Shown here: one piece after another, positions 21,437-30,326 of the stretch | Layout of the letters: each line of letters begins with the position of its first letter | How positions within the stretch are numbered: the first letter of the stretch is position 1 | Assembly: GCA_963790475.1 (NCBI GenBank) | Contig: CAWBOS010000006.1 | Location: 96,001 to 160,000, forward strand | DNA from: an uncultured delta proteobacterium | GTDB lineage: Bacteria > Desulfobacterota > RBG-13-43-22 | Direction of reading: 5' to 3' | DNA length: 64,000 nucleotides | Notes under the pieces: model-generated | Told to the model about the DNA's origin: nothing | Seen by the model: only the letters and a program-made list of their open reading frames with translations | Databases searched by the model: none | Program-made: the position numbers and the translations under genes

Positions 21437-24400
21437 ATGGATGATGTGAATGGTTTCCGTTTCAATGAAAAATACCTCTCCCAGATCCCAGCGCTGCAAC
21501 TCCTGATCAATCTGGGCTTTGAATACCTGCCCCCCTCGAAGGCGCTCGCCGCCCGCCAGGGAAAGACCGGCAACATCTTGCTGGAAGGGATTCTCAGAGA
21601 CCAGATCAAACGGATTAACCGGATCAACTACAAGGGGCATGAGTTTCTTTTCAGCGAGGAGAATATCCAGACAGCTATTCAGAAACTCAAGAACGTCAAA
21701 TATGACGGCCTGCTTAAGACCAACGAGGCTGTATATGATCTCATTACGCTGGGCACGGCCCTGGAACAGACCATCGAAGGCGATTCTAAAAGCTACAACC
21801 TGAACTACATCGACTGGCGTGTTTGGGAAAACAATGTCTTCCACGTCTTGGCCGAATACAGCGTGGAGCGCTCCCGCAGCACGGAAATAATCCGCCCCGA
21901 CATCGTTCTGTTTGTCAACGGCATCCCCCTGGCGGTCATCGAGTGCAAGTCCCCCAAGGTCGAAATCGAACAGGCCGTATCCCAGTCCATCCGCAATCAG
22001 GGTGATGATTACATCCCCAAGCTCTTTGCCTTTGTGCAGTTGGTGATGGGCCTCAATAAGAACACGGCCAAGTATGCAACTGTTGGTTCATCGGCTAAAT
22101 TCTGGAGCAACTGGAAGGAGCTGCGTGATAAAGAAAAGGAAAGTACTCGCTTTGTCCATAAAAATCTGACCGGCGAACAGAAAGAACAGCTCTTTAGCGG
22201 GGAGTTTGCCGTGGCCCAAACCTTTTTCGAAGCCCAGGAGGCCGAGGGGAACCGCCTAGTCACGGAGCAGGATAATACCCTCTATAGCCTATGCCGACCG
22301 GAACGACTGCTGGAGATGGCTTTCAAATTCACGGTCTTCGACGGCGGCATCAAGAAGATCGCCCACTATCAGCAATATTTTGTTGTTAAATCCACCCTGG
22401 AGCGGATCAAGCAATTCGACCGGCAAGGCCGGCGCAAGGGAGGCATCATCTGGCACACGCAGGGGTCGGGCAAATCGTTGAGCATGGTCATGTTGGCCAG
22501 AAATCTGGCCCTCGATCCGGGGACGCCCAATCCACGCATCGTACTGGTGACGGACCGCGACGATCTGGACAAGCAATTGAAAAATACCTTTGCCGCCTGC
22601 GGACTGGACCCGAACCGGGCGACTTCAGGAAAAAATCTGCTTGAATTGGTAGCGGAACAGAAGGCCGGCATCGTCACAACACTGATCCACAAGTTCGACA
22701 AGGCCTTGAATCAAAGAAAATATCAGGATGATTCCGCCGACATATTTATGCTGATCGATGAAAGCCATCGGACCAACTTCGGGTCCTTCTCGGTGCGGAT
22801 GCGCCAGATGTTTCCCAAGGCCTGCTATCTCGGCTTTACCGGCACCCCATTACTGAAAAAGGAGAAAAACAGCTTTGTCAAGTTTGGCGGATTGATCGAA
22901 CCGCACTACTCCATCCATCAGGCGGTGGAAGACCAATCCGTTGTCCCTCTGCTTTATGAAGGCCGCCATGTGGAAATGGAACAGAACAAATCAGCCATCG
23001 ACCTTTGGTTCGAACGCCACACCCAGGGCTTAACCCGTGAACAGAAGGCCGATCTGAAAAGGAAATATGCCCGTTCCGAGATGCTCAACAAAGCGGATCA
23101 GGTCATTTATATGCGGGCTTTCGACATCGGCGAGCACTATCGAGCGTCCTGGCAGGGCACAGGATTCAAGGCTCAGCTTGTTGCGCCCAGCAAGGCGGCG
23201 GCCCTGAAGTATCATGAACACCTGACCGATATCGGCTTCGTGACCTCCGAAGTACTTATTTCCCCGCCGGATGCCCGCGAAGGCTATGAGGAAACGGACG
23301 AAGAATCTACAGACGAGGTGGTCAAATTCTGGCAGAAAATGATGAAGCGCTTCGGCAAGGAGGATGAATACAACAAGCAGATCATCAACCAATTCAAGTT
23401 CGGATCGGAACCGGAAATTCTGATCGTGGTCAGTAAGCTGCTGACCGGTTTCGATGCGCCGCGCAATGTCGTCATTTACCTCTGTAAAGAGCTGAGGGAG
23501 CATTCGCTCTTGCAGGCCATTGCCCGAGTGAACCGGATATACGAAGATAAGGAATACGGCTACGTTATCGATTATGTGGGTCTGTTGGGGGAACTGGACA
23601 AGGCGTTGACCATGTACAGTGCTTTTGAAGGTTTTGACGAGGAAGACCTGGCGGACACACTGGCTTCGGTCAATGTTGAAGTGGAAAGGTTGCCCCAGCG
23701 ATACTCCGATCTCTGGGATCTCTTCAAGGAAGTTAAAAACAGCTATGACGAAGAGGCTTATGAAATACTTCTGGCTGATGACGCCCTGAGAAAAGAATTT
23801 TATCAAAGACTGGCCGAATATGCCAAAACCTTCGCCATTGCCCTGTCTACGGAAGCCTTTGTCATGGGCATAGACGAGGCCAAGCTGCGGCGCTATAAGG
23901 CCGATCTAAAGCGTTTCCAAAACCTGAAGGTCTCTGTGAAGCTTCGCTATGCCGAAGCGATAGACTACCGCGATTATGAGCCGAAGATCAAAAAACTACT
24001 CGACACGCACATCCAGGCCAACGAAGTCATAAAGTTAAATGAGCCGGTGAACATCTTCGACAGTACTACTTTTTCAATGGTGAAAGAGGAACAAAGCGTC
24101 TACGGGAAAACCACGGCGTCTAAGGCCGACGCCATTGCCTACGCGACCAGGAAGGTCATCACGGAAAAGATGGAAGAAGATCCGGCTTTTTATGAGAAGT
24201 TTTCCAAGCTGATCCAACAGGCCATAGAGGGTTTTCGGGCGAGGCGATTTTCCGATCTGGATTATCTGAATCGGGTTATGGAGATCCGCAGCAAAGTCGT
24301 GACTCGTCATCATGATGATGTTCCTGAGAAACTTTCCGGAAATGAGAATGCCATGGCCTACTACGGTGTTCTGAAACCTTTCTTCGCTAACCATCCGATT

Positions 24401-24643
24401 CCCCCGGAACGATGTGATTCGATCGCCGCAGACACCGCCTTGGCCATCGATGCTATCCTGATCCGCCACTGGAAGGTACAGTTCTGGGAAGATGAAGATG
24501 CCCAGAATCAAGCCATCAATGATATCGACGATTATCTCTTTGACGAGGTAAAAGGCAAGGCGGGTGTGGAGATCAGCCTTGGGCAAATGGACGCTCTCAT
24601 TGAACGGACAATGCAGGTTGCCAAAAGCAGGAGCGGAAAATGA
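21437..24643 (+). CDS. hsdR: Type I R-M restriction subunit
   Basis: PDIVLFVNGIPLAVIECK, WHTQGSGKS, DESH, FTGTP, LLTGFD, QAIARVNR. Start placed at MDDVNG. Confidence 0.96.
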   Translation: MDDVNGFRFNEKYLSQIPALQLLINLGFEYLPPSKALAARQGKTGNILLEGILRDQIKRINRINYKGHEFLFSEENIQTAIQKLKNVKYDGLLKTNEAVYDLITLGTALEQTIEGDSKSYNLNYIDWRVWENNVFHVLAEYSVERSRSTEIIRPDIVLFVNGIPLAVIECKSPKVEIEQAVSQSIRNQGDDYIPKLFAFVQLVMGLNKNTAKYATVGSSAKFWSNWKELRDKEKESTRFVHKNLTGEQKEQLFSGEFAVAQTFFEAQEAEGNRLVTEQDNTLYSLCRPERLLEMAFKFTVFDGGIKKIAHYQQYFVVKSTLERIKQFDRQGRRKGGIIWHTQGSGKSLSMVMLARNLALDPGTPNPRIVLVTDRDDLDKQLKNTFAACGLDPNRATSGKNLLELVAEQKAGIVTTLIHKFDKALNQRKYQDDSADIFMLIDESHRTNFGSFSVRMRQMFPKACYLGFTGTPLLKKEKNSFVKFGGLIEPHYSIHQAVEDQSVVPLLYEGRHVEMEQNKSAIDLWFERHTQGLTREQKADLKRKYARSEMLNKADQVIYMRAFDIGEHYRASWQGTGFKAQLVAPSKAAALKYHEHLTDIGFVTSEVLISPPDAREGYEETDEESTDEVVKFWQKMMKRFGKEDEYNKQIINQFKFGSEPEILIVVSKLLTGFDAPRNVVIYLCKELREHSLLQAIARVNRIYEDKEYGYVIDYVGLLGELDKALTMYSAFEGFDEEDLADTLASVNVEVERLPQRYSDLWDLFKEVKNSYDEEAYEILLADDALRKEFYQRLAEYAKTFAIALSTEAFVMGIDEAKLRRYKADLKRFQNLKVSVKLRYAEAIDYRDYEPKIKKLLDTHIQANEVIKLNEPVNIFDSTTFSMVKEEQSVYGKTTASKADAIAYATRKVITEKMEEDPAFYEKFSKLIQQAIEGFRARRFSDLDYLNRVMEIRSKVVTRHHDDVPEKLSGNENAMAYYGVLKPFFANHPIPPERCDSIAADTALAIDAILIRHWKVQFWEDEDAQNQAINDIDDYLFDEVKGKAGVEISLGQMDALIERTMQVAKSRSGK

Positions 24644-25353
24644 GCTTGTCCCGCGGGGTCATCGCCTATGGCAAGGATAACATAGAATTTACCTGGTTCT
24701 ATGTCGATAGGAAGACATTGGAAATCGCCGTTCATCCCGATCAGACGGTAGTCATCAGAGCACCGCTTGGTACCGAGATCGAAGAAATACAAAAAAGGGT
24801 CGTCAGGCGAGCTGCCTGGATCATGAAGCAGCGTGTATTTTTTCGGCAATTTGATCCCAGGACGCCCGCAAGACGATATGTCGGAGGAGAAACACACTTG
24901 TACCTTGGGAAACATTATCGCCTCCGAATCAGAAAAGGGGATCAGGATGCCGTCAAGCTGATCAAAGGCTTTTTTGAAATTCGAGTTCAGGGGTGCATTT
25001 CCTCGGAAAAGGTCAAATGTTTGTTGGAAGGGTGGTACAAGGAAAAGGCAGTGCGGAAGTTTAATGAAAGCACAGACCGGTGCTGGCCTTTTGTAGAGAA
25101 ACCTTCATCGGTAAAACCAGAACTGCAGGTCAGGCTTATGCGGAAGCGCTGGGGGAGTTTTTCCGCAAACGGCAGGCTGACATTGAATGCCGATTTAATC
25201 AGAGCCCCCAAGGAATGTATCGATTACGTAATTGTCCATGAGTTAAGCCATCTGCGATACGACAACCACGGTTCCGAGTTTTACAAATTCCTGGACAAAG
25301 TAATGCCCGATTGGGAAAAAAGGAAGCACAGGCTGGAAGTAACCTTGGCTTAA
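24640..25353 (+). CDS. M48/YgjP-like metallopeptidase associated with type I R-M
   Basis: GETHLYLG, RWGS, DYVIVHELSH, NHGSEFY. Confidence 0.92.
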   Translation: MSLSRGVIAYGKDNIEFTWFYVDRKTLEIAVHPDQTVVIRAPLGTEIEEIQKRVVRRAAWIMKQRVFFRQFDPRTPARRYVGGETHLYLGKHYRLRIRKGDQDAVKLIKGFFEIRVQGCISSEKVKCLLEGWYKEKAVRKFNESTDRCWPFVEKPSSVKPELQVRLMRKRWGSFSANGRLTLNADLIRAPKECIDYVIVHELSHLRYDNHGSEFYKFLDKVMPDWEKRKHRLEVTLA

Positions 25354-25420
25354 TGTTGATAAAGTTCACTTCTCACCTTCAAAAATAAGGTTCCAAAAAG
25401 ATAATACAGAGGTCACAAAA

Positions 25421-25705
25421 ATGCCTTTAATAAAAGTAAAAAAGAATTACCAGATCACCCTCCCCACTGGCTTGAGAAGGATGTTAAAGATTGCCGAGGG
25501 GGATTATCTGGAGGTTGAGAGGCAGAACAATGCGCTGGTATTGAAGCCGGTAAAAATGATACACCCCGACCAGGCCTATTTCTACAGTAAGGAATGGCAG
25601 GAAGGCGAGAAAAAGGCGGACAAAAATATTGCCAAGGGCGAAGTCTTGGGTCCTTTCAGCAAAATCAAAGACGGCCTTAAGGCCTTGAAGACCGTTAAAA
25701 TATGA
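25421..25705 (+). CDS. AbrB/MazE-family antitoxin
   Basis: QITLP..LR..L.I.EGD.LEV swapped-hairpin motif, QAYFYSKEWQ. Confidence 0.88.
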   Translation: MPLIKVKKNYQITLPTGLRRMLKIAEGDYLEVERQNNALVLKPVKMIHPDQAYFYSKEWQEGEKKADKNIAKGEVLGPFSKIKDGLKALKTVKI

Positions 25706-25957
25706 AGTTTCTTTTATCAAAAACTTCGTCTGGGAATTCCGAAAGCTGCCCCAGGAGATCCAGAAATCCGTTGATAAACAGCTTGAATTGCTAATGGAGA
25801 ATCCAAAACATCCGTCTTTGAATTTGAAAAAATGCAAGACCCCCGGGGCATTTGGGAGTGTCGGGTTACCTACTCTTATCGGTTTACCTTTCAATTAGAA
25901 GATGATACTTATATTTTACGAAAAGTCGGGACCCATGACACTTTAAAGAATCCTTAA
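25702..25957 (+). pseudogene. RelE/ParE-like toxin with two 1-nt deletions
   Basis: Adding one T (about 25712) and one A (about 25828) restores MKFLFIKNFVWEFRKLPQEIQKSVDKQLELLMENPKHPSLNLKKMQDPRGIWECRVTYSYRFTF..LRKVGTHD. Confidence 0.82.
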
Positions 25958-26121
25958 ATTAAGAAAATAACGCTGAAGTCCTGGCTGAAGGGTTCTGAGG
26001 GGGTCGCACCGACCAACCCATAACGCCAGCAATCTTCTAATAGAAAGGCTGGTCCATGAAGCAGTCCAACAAGACCCCATTTTTTTAAAACAAGGATATG
26101 GAGTTTTTGTTTTCAAACTGA

Positions 26122-26343
<222 letters not shown>

Positions 26344-26346
26344 CCC

Positions 26347-27393
26347 ATGAAATCTTTTGAAAACAATTATCTCGAAAAACATCGCTTGCCGCATTCTCTG
26401 TTGCGAACTATCCGATTGTTGGGTGAATATCGCGGAAAAGAATCGCTTTTTAAACAGCAGACGCCCCAAGTGCTTGAATCCTTGCGCCAGGCGGCTGTGA
26501 TCCAGAGCACCGAATCCTCCAACCGTATCGAGGGAATAGAAGCCCCGGCCGAGAGAATCAAGAAAATCGTGGAGCAAAAGACCACGCCGAAGAATCGATC
26601 CGAACAGGAGATCGCAGGATATCGTGATGCACTGGCGACGATTCACGCCAACTCTCCTAACATGCCCTTTACCCCAGGCCTTGTTCTTCAACTCCACCGC
26701 GATCTTTATCAGTTCGTCCCCCAGCAGGGCGGACACTGGAAGATGACGGACAATGAGATTTCCGAGACTAACGCCGACGGCACAAAGGTTACCCGGTTCA
26801 GACCGATTCCCGCCCATCAAACACCCGAGGCCATGGATAGGCTCCATACCCTTTTTAAGGAACAATGGGACCGGGGAGAAATCGATCCACTGCTGTTGAT
26901 TCCGGCTTATGTGCTCGATTTCCTCTGCATCCATCCATTCACCGATGGTAACGGGAGGATGGCACGGCTGCTGACTCTGCTTCTCCTCTATCAAGCCGGT
27001 TTTGAAGTTGGCCGTTACATCAGTTTGGAACATCTAATCGAGAACCAGCGGGAAGGGTACTACGATGCGCTCTACAAATCTTCCCAAGGGTGGCACGATG
27101 GCGAACATTCATTATTGCCCTGGTGGGAATATTTTCTGGGCGTTATGTTATTTGGATCATACCGGGAGTTCGAACGTCGAGTAGGATTGATCACCACCGG
27201 GAGGGGCACAAAAACGGCAATGATATCGGATGCTATAGGTCATTTCGTTGGGGATTTCTCCATACGCGATATTCAAGATAAGTGTCCCAATGTCGGGATA
27301 GATTTGATTCGCCGTATCCTTAAGGAGCAGAGAGAGTTAGGGAAACTTGAGTGTTTGGGTAGAGGGCCAAACGCCAAATGGAAGAATAGATAA
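26347..27393 (+). CDS. Fic family protein
   Basis: SNRIEG inhibitory motif and HPFTDGNGRMAR Fic motif. Confidence 0.95.
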   Translation: MKSFENNYLEKHRLPHSLLRTIRLLGEYRGKESLFKQQTPQVLESLRQAAVIQSTESSNRIEGIEAPAERIKKIVEQKTTPKNRSEQEIAGYRDALATIHANSPNMPFTPGLVLQLHRDLYQFVPQQGGHWKMTDNEISETNADGTKVTRFRPIPAHQTPEAMDRLHTLFKEQWDRGEIDPLLLIPAYVLDFLCIHPFTDGNGRMARLLTLLLLYQAGFEVGRYISLEHLIENQREGYYDALYKSSQGWHDGEHSLLPWWEYFLGVMLFGSYREFERRVGLITTGRGTKTAMISDAIGHFVGDFSIRDIQDKCPNVGIDLIRRILKEQRELGKLECLGRGPNAKWKNR

Positions 27394-27498
27394 AATACCC
27401 ATTTAATAGGTATTGAACCATGGTAAATACCTATATAATAACTCAAGAACATTCCACCAATCCTGTTACATACGGTTTCCATCTCAAAATTTTGAGGC

Positions 27499-27531
27499 TT
27501 ATCTTGATTATCTTGTATCTTGTTATCTTGG
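27499..27531. repeat. Tandem TATCTTG heptamers (x4)
   Basis: TTATCTTGATTATCTTGTATCTTGTTATCTTGG. Confidence 0.75.
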
Positions 27532-27549
27532 GCCACGACAACTTGTTGA

Positions 27550-27680
27550 TTATTCAAAGTTAATGTCCTGGAAGTAGGTGTTTTCACGGCCTATATCGAC
27601 TTTTTCTGGCCCCAAAAGAGTTTTATAGAAAGTATCCCCTTCCCGGAGTTGGCACCCTCCACCGCCTTCTAAGAGACCGT
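27550..27680 (-). pseudogene. C-terminal gene remnant, possibly of a Y1/RAYT-like transposase
   Basis: Minus frame LEGGGGCQLREGDTFYKTLLGPEKVDIGRENTYFQDINFE*; resemblance recalled from memory only. Confidence 0.35.
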
Positions 27681-27819
27681 GCCCATGTTGAACCCTTTTT
27701 CTCGTCGAGGTTCGGGGCGAAGATGGCCAACACGCTCAGGGAGATCGACCGATGACCTCATTAAATCATGCGGCAACTGTCAAGTAATACTTGTAAGTTC
27801 ATTATGCTCTTTTTATGGA

Positions 27820-27925
27820 GGGAAAGAGACACTCCCAAGCGCTACTGGTCCGATCTCAAACACAAAATGGCTCTGGAATCGGGCGTGGTTCAACCGTTCG
27901 AAAAAATCGTACGGTTGAAATTGAG
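27820..27925 (+). pseudogene. Second Bro-N/antirepressor-like fragment
   Basis: KRYWSDLKHKM..QPFEKIVRLKL; 30/33 nt identical to 18999-19031. Confidence 0.6.
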
Positions 27926-28006
27926 TAAATCCGGGGCTATACTTATTTATGTTCCCAGTTCAGGAAGGACTCCGCCGGAATTCAAATTAATAAAGGAAGG
28001 TCTATT

Positions 28007-28702
28007 ATGAATCGTACCGTTCTTATTACCGGATCGACTCGGGGAATCGGCCTGCAGACCGCCGCCGAATTTTTGAAAAACGGGGGTCAGGTGGTTATTT
28101 TCAGCCGGGAGAAAGAGCATGTCGAAGAGGCCAGGAAGCGTCTCTTGGCCTTCGGGAAAAAAGAGGCCCTCTTAAGTCTGGTCGGCGACGTTCGAAAACA
28201 AAAGGATGTGGAAAGGATCGTCCAACAGTCCCTTAAGCGCTTCGACCGGATTGATGTCTTGATCAACAACGCCGGGGTCGGTGTCTACAGGCGGGTCGAA
28301 GAGACAACGGAGGAGGAGTGGGATCACATTATCAATACCAATTTAAAGGGGACCTTTCTATTTTTGCGGCAGATCATCCCCGTCATGAAACGGCAGGGAA
28401 AAGGGATCATCGTTAATATTTCCTCAGGCCTGGGGGTAGAAGGGATGGCCAATTTTTCGGCTTATTGTGCTTCGAAATTCGGGGTGGTCGGTTTGACCAA
28501 GGCCATCGGCGATGAATTGTCTGACTCTGCCATTCGGATTTATGCCGTGCTTCCCGGCGCAGTGAATACCACCTTGCTGGCCGATAGCGGCTTTCAGATG
28601 GACCCCTCGGACCTGCTCAGGCCAGAATATGTCGCCCATAAAATATTCGGGGTGGCCCAAGGCAGGAGAAGATCAGGGTCTTTGATTACCGTCTATTCCT
28701 GA
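28007..28702 (+). CDS. SDR family oxidoreductase
   Basis: TGSTRGIG, NNAG, YCASK. Confidence 0.95.
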   Translation: MNRTVLITGSTRGIGLQTAAEFLKNGGQVVIFSREKEHVEEARKRLLAFGKKEALLSLVGDVRKQKDVERIVQQSLKRFDRIDVLINNAGVGVYRRVEETTEEEWDHIINTNLKGTFLFLRQIIPVMKRQGKGIIVNISSGLGVEGMANFSAYCASKFGVVGLTKAIGDELSDSAIRIYAVLPGAVNTTLLADSGFQMDPSDLLRPEYVAHKIFGVAQGRRRSGSLITVYS

Positions 28703-28796
28703 AGGAAGGTCCATAGTCCATTGCTGAGAATCGGGGACTGAGATCCCTATTCTCTTGAGAGTGGATTTTTAATATGCTGGCCCCCTACGATAATCC

Positions 28797-30008
28797 ATGA
28801 AAATCGTCCTGGTAACATTCGGATCGCGCGGTGATGTCCAACCCATGCTGGCCCTGGCCTTGACCATTCAACGGGAAGGGCATGATGTTCTTCTGGCGGG
28901 GCCTCCGGAGAGGGCGGAATGGGCCCGAGAATACGGCTGCTCCTATCATCCCTTGGGGAACAATCTTACGGCCTTCGTTGACCGGTTGCCTCAGGCCCAT
29001 ACCCTTGGATCGGGTTTTCGTTTTGTCTCCTATATCCATAAAGAGGTGACCGCTCAATTTGAGGTGCTTCGAGAAATCATTAAAGGGGCTGACCTGGTTA
29101 TCGGCGCTTCCCTGGTTTTGGCACTGTCAACAGTGGCCGAGCATATGGGAATCCCTTATCGCTTTATCGCCTTTTGTCCCCAAGTATTGCCCTCGAGCCA
29201 TCATCCCTATCCGGCCATCAAAACCCAGGTTTTTCCGGGAGGGCTTAACCGGATAACCTGGGGGATGGGGCGAATCATAGGTCGAATCAGTCTATCGCCG
29301 ATGTTAAATAAAAAACGGAAGAATCTGGGGCTCAAACCGGTTGAAGATCCGTGGCTTCATGTTTTGGGTCAAGGGGTTATTGTGGCCTCTGATAAGGAGA
29401 TCGTTGGGCTGCCCGATGACCTGGAAATCAGCGCCACCCAAACCGGCTATTTACATTTGTTACAACACAGGACTTCCAATCCATCCTTGGAAAGATTTTT
29501 TGATTCCGGCCCGCCTCCGGTGTACGCCGGATTCGGAAGTATGCCCCGGTCGGATCAGGCCGGCAATGTATCCATGATTGTGGATGCGGCTCGATCGATC
29601 GGGCAACGGGCGATCATAGCCAAATTCTGGGATGGACCGTCCGATTTCTCAAATGCAGAGGACGTTTTTCTTCTAAGAGGATATCCTCACCTGGAGTTGT
29701 TTCCTAAGGTAAGTATGGTAATCCATCACGGCGGGGCCGGGACCACGGCAACTTCAGCCATCAGCGGTGTACCGCAGATCGTCGTACCTCATATCCTGGA
29801 TCAATATTATTGGGGACATCAGGTTTTTCGATCCCAACTTGGACCAAAGCCCATAAGGCGTTCCAGAATATCGAGTCGAAGACTCGCCAGCGCAATGCTC
29901 GAATGTTTGACCAATGACCGGATGCGGGAAAAGGCCAAGGATATCTCAAGTCAGATAAGACAAAGGGATAGTCTGGGATTGACTTTTAGGGCACTTTCAT
30001 TATCATAG
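28797..30008 (+). CDS. GT1/GT28 glycosyltransferase (sterol glucosyltransferase-like)
   Basis: GSRGDVQP, GFGSM, HHGGAGTT, DQYYWG. Confidence 0.92.
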   Translation: MKIVLVTFGSRGDVQPMLALALTIQREGHDVLLAGPPERAEWAREYGCSYHPLGNNLTAFVDRLPQAHTLGSGFRFVSYIHKEVTAQFEVLREIIKGADLVIGASLVLALSTVAEHMGIPYRFIAFCPQVLPSSHHPYPAIKTQVFPGGLNRITWGMGRIIGRISLSPMLNKKRKNLGLKPVEDPWLHVLGQGVIVASDKEIVGLPDDLEISATQTGYLHLLQHRTSNPSLERFFDSGPPPVYAGFGSMPRSDQAGNVSMIVDAARSIGQRAIIAKFWDGPSDFSNAEDVFLLRGYPHLELFPKVSMVIHHGGAGTTATSAISGVPQIVVPHILDQYYWGHQVFRSQLGPKPIRRSRISSRRLASAMLECLTNDRMREKAKDISSQIRQRDSLGLTFRALSLS

Positions 30009-30117
30009 AAAAAAAGGGGGCCAGGCCGAAAAAGGGATTGAAGAAGAATTGGCGAATTAATAAAAAACTCCCCTTGAATATCTATTTTTAAAAAAACTTA
30101 GTTGGCAGGTCATCATA

Positions 30118-30261
30118 ATGCCCATTTCCTGTATCGAACACCGTGAAACCATGCAGTTGCTGGCTTTAAAGAAGAAGCTGGCCGAGGAAAAATTGGAACC
30201 CGCGGAGCGGAAAGAGTTGGAAGAGTTGATCCGAAAACTGGAAGAAAAGTTGGGATTATAA
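30118..30261 (+). CDS. Small 47-aa coiled-coil hypothetical protein (below the ORF-track cutoff)
   Basis: MPISCIEHRETMQLLALKKKLAEEKLEPAERKELEELIRKLEEKLGL*; clean protein-like composition in an intergenic gap. Confidence 0.65.
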   Translation: MPISCIEHRETMQLLALKKKLAEEKLEPAERKELEELIRKLEEKLGL

Positions 30262-30326
30262 AAAACTCGGGTTCTTAGGTTTTAGGGTTGGGTCCAAGGT
30301 AAGGGGTCATGGTCCCTGCTCGTCAT

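Larger units (their letters stand above)
20793..21449 (+). mobile_element. REP-associated tyrosine transposase (RAYT, Y1 HUH)
   Basis: RRSIRL.GYDYS..GAYFITICT, MPNHIHGI (HUH), LWQRNYWEHIVR, YIRNN. Confidence 0.93.
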
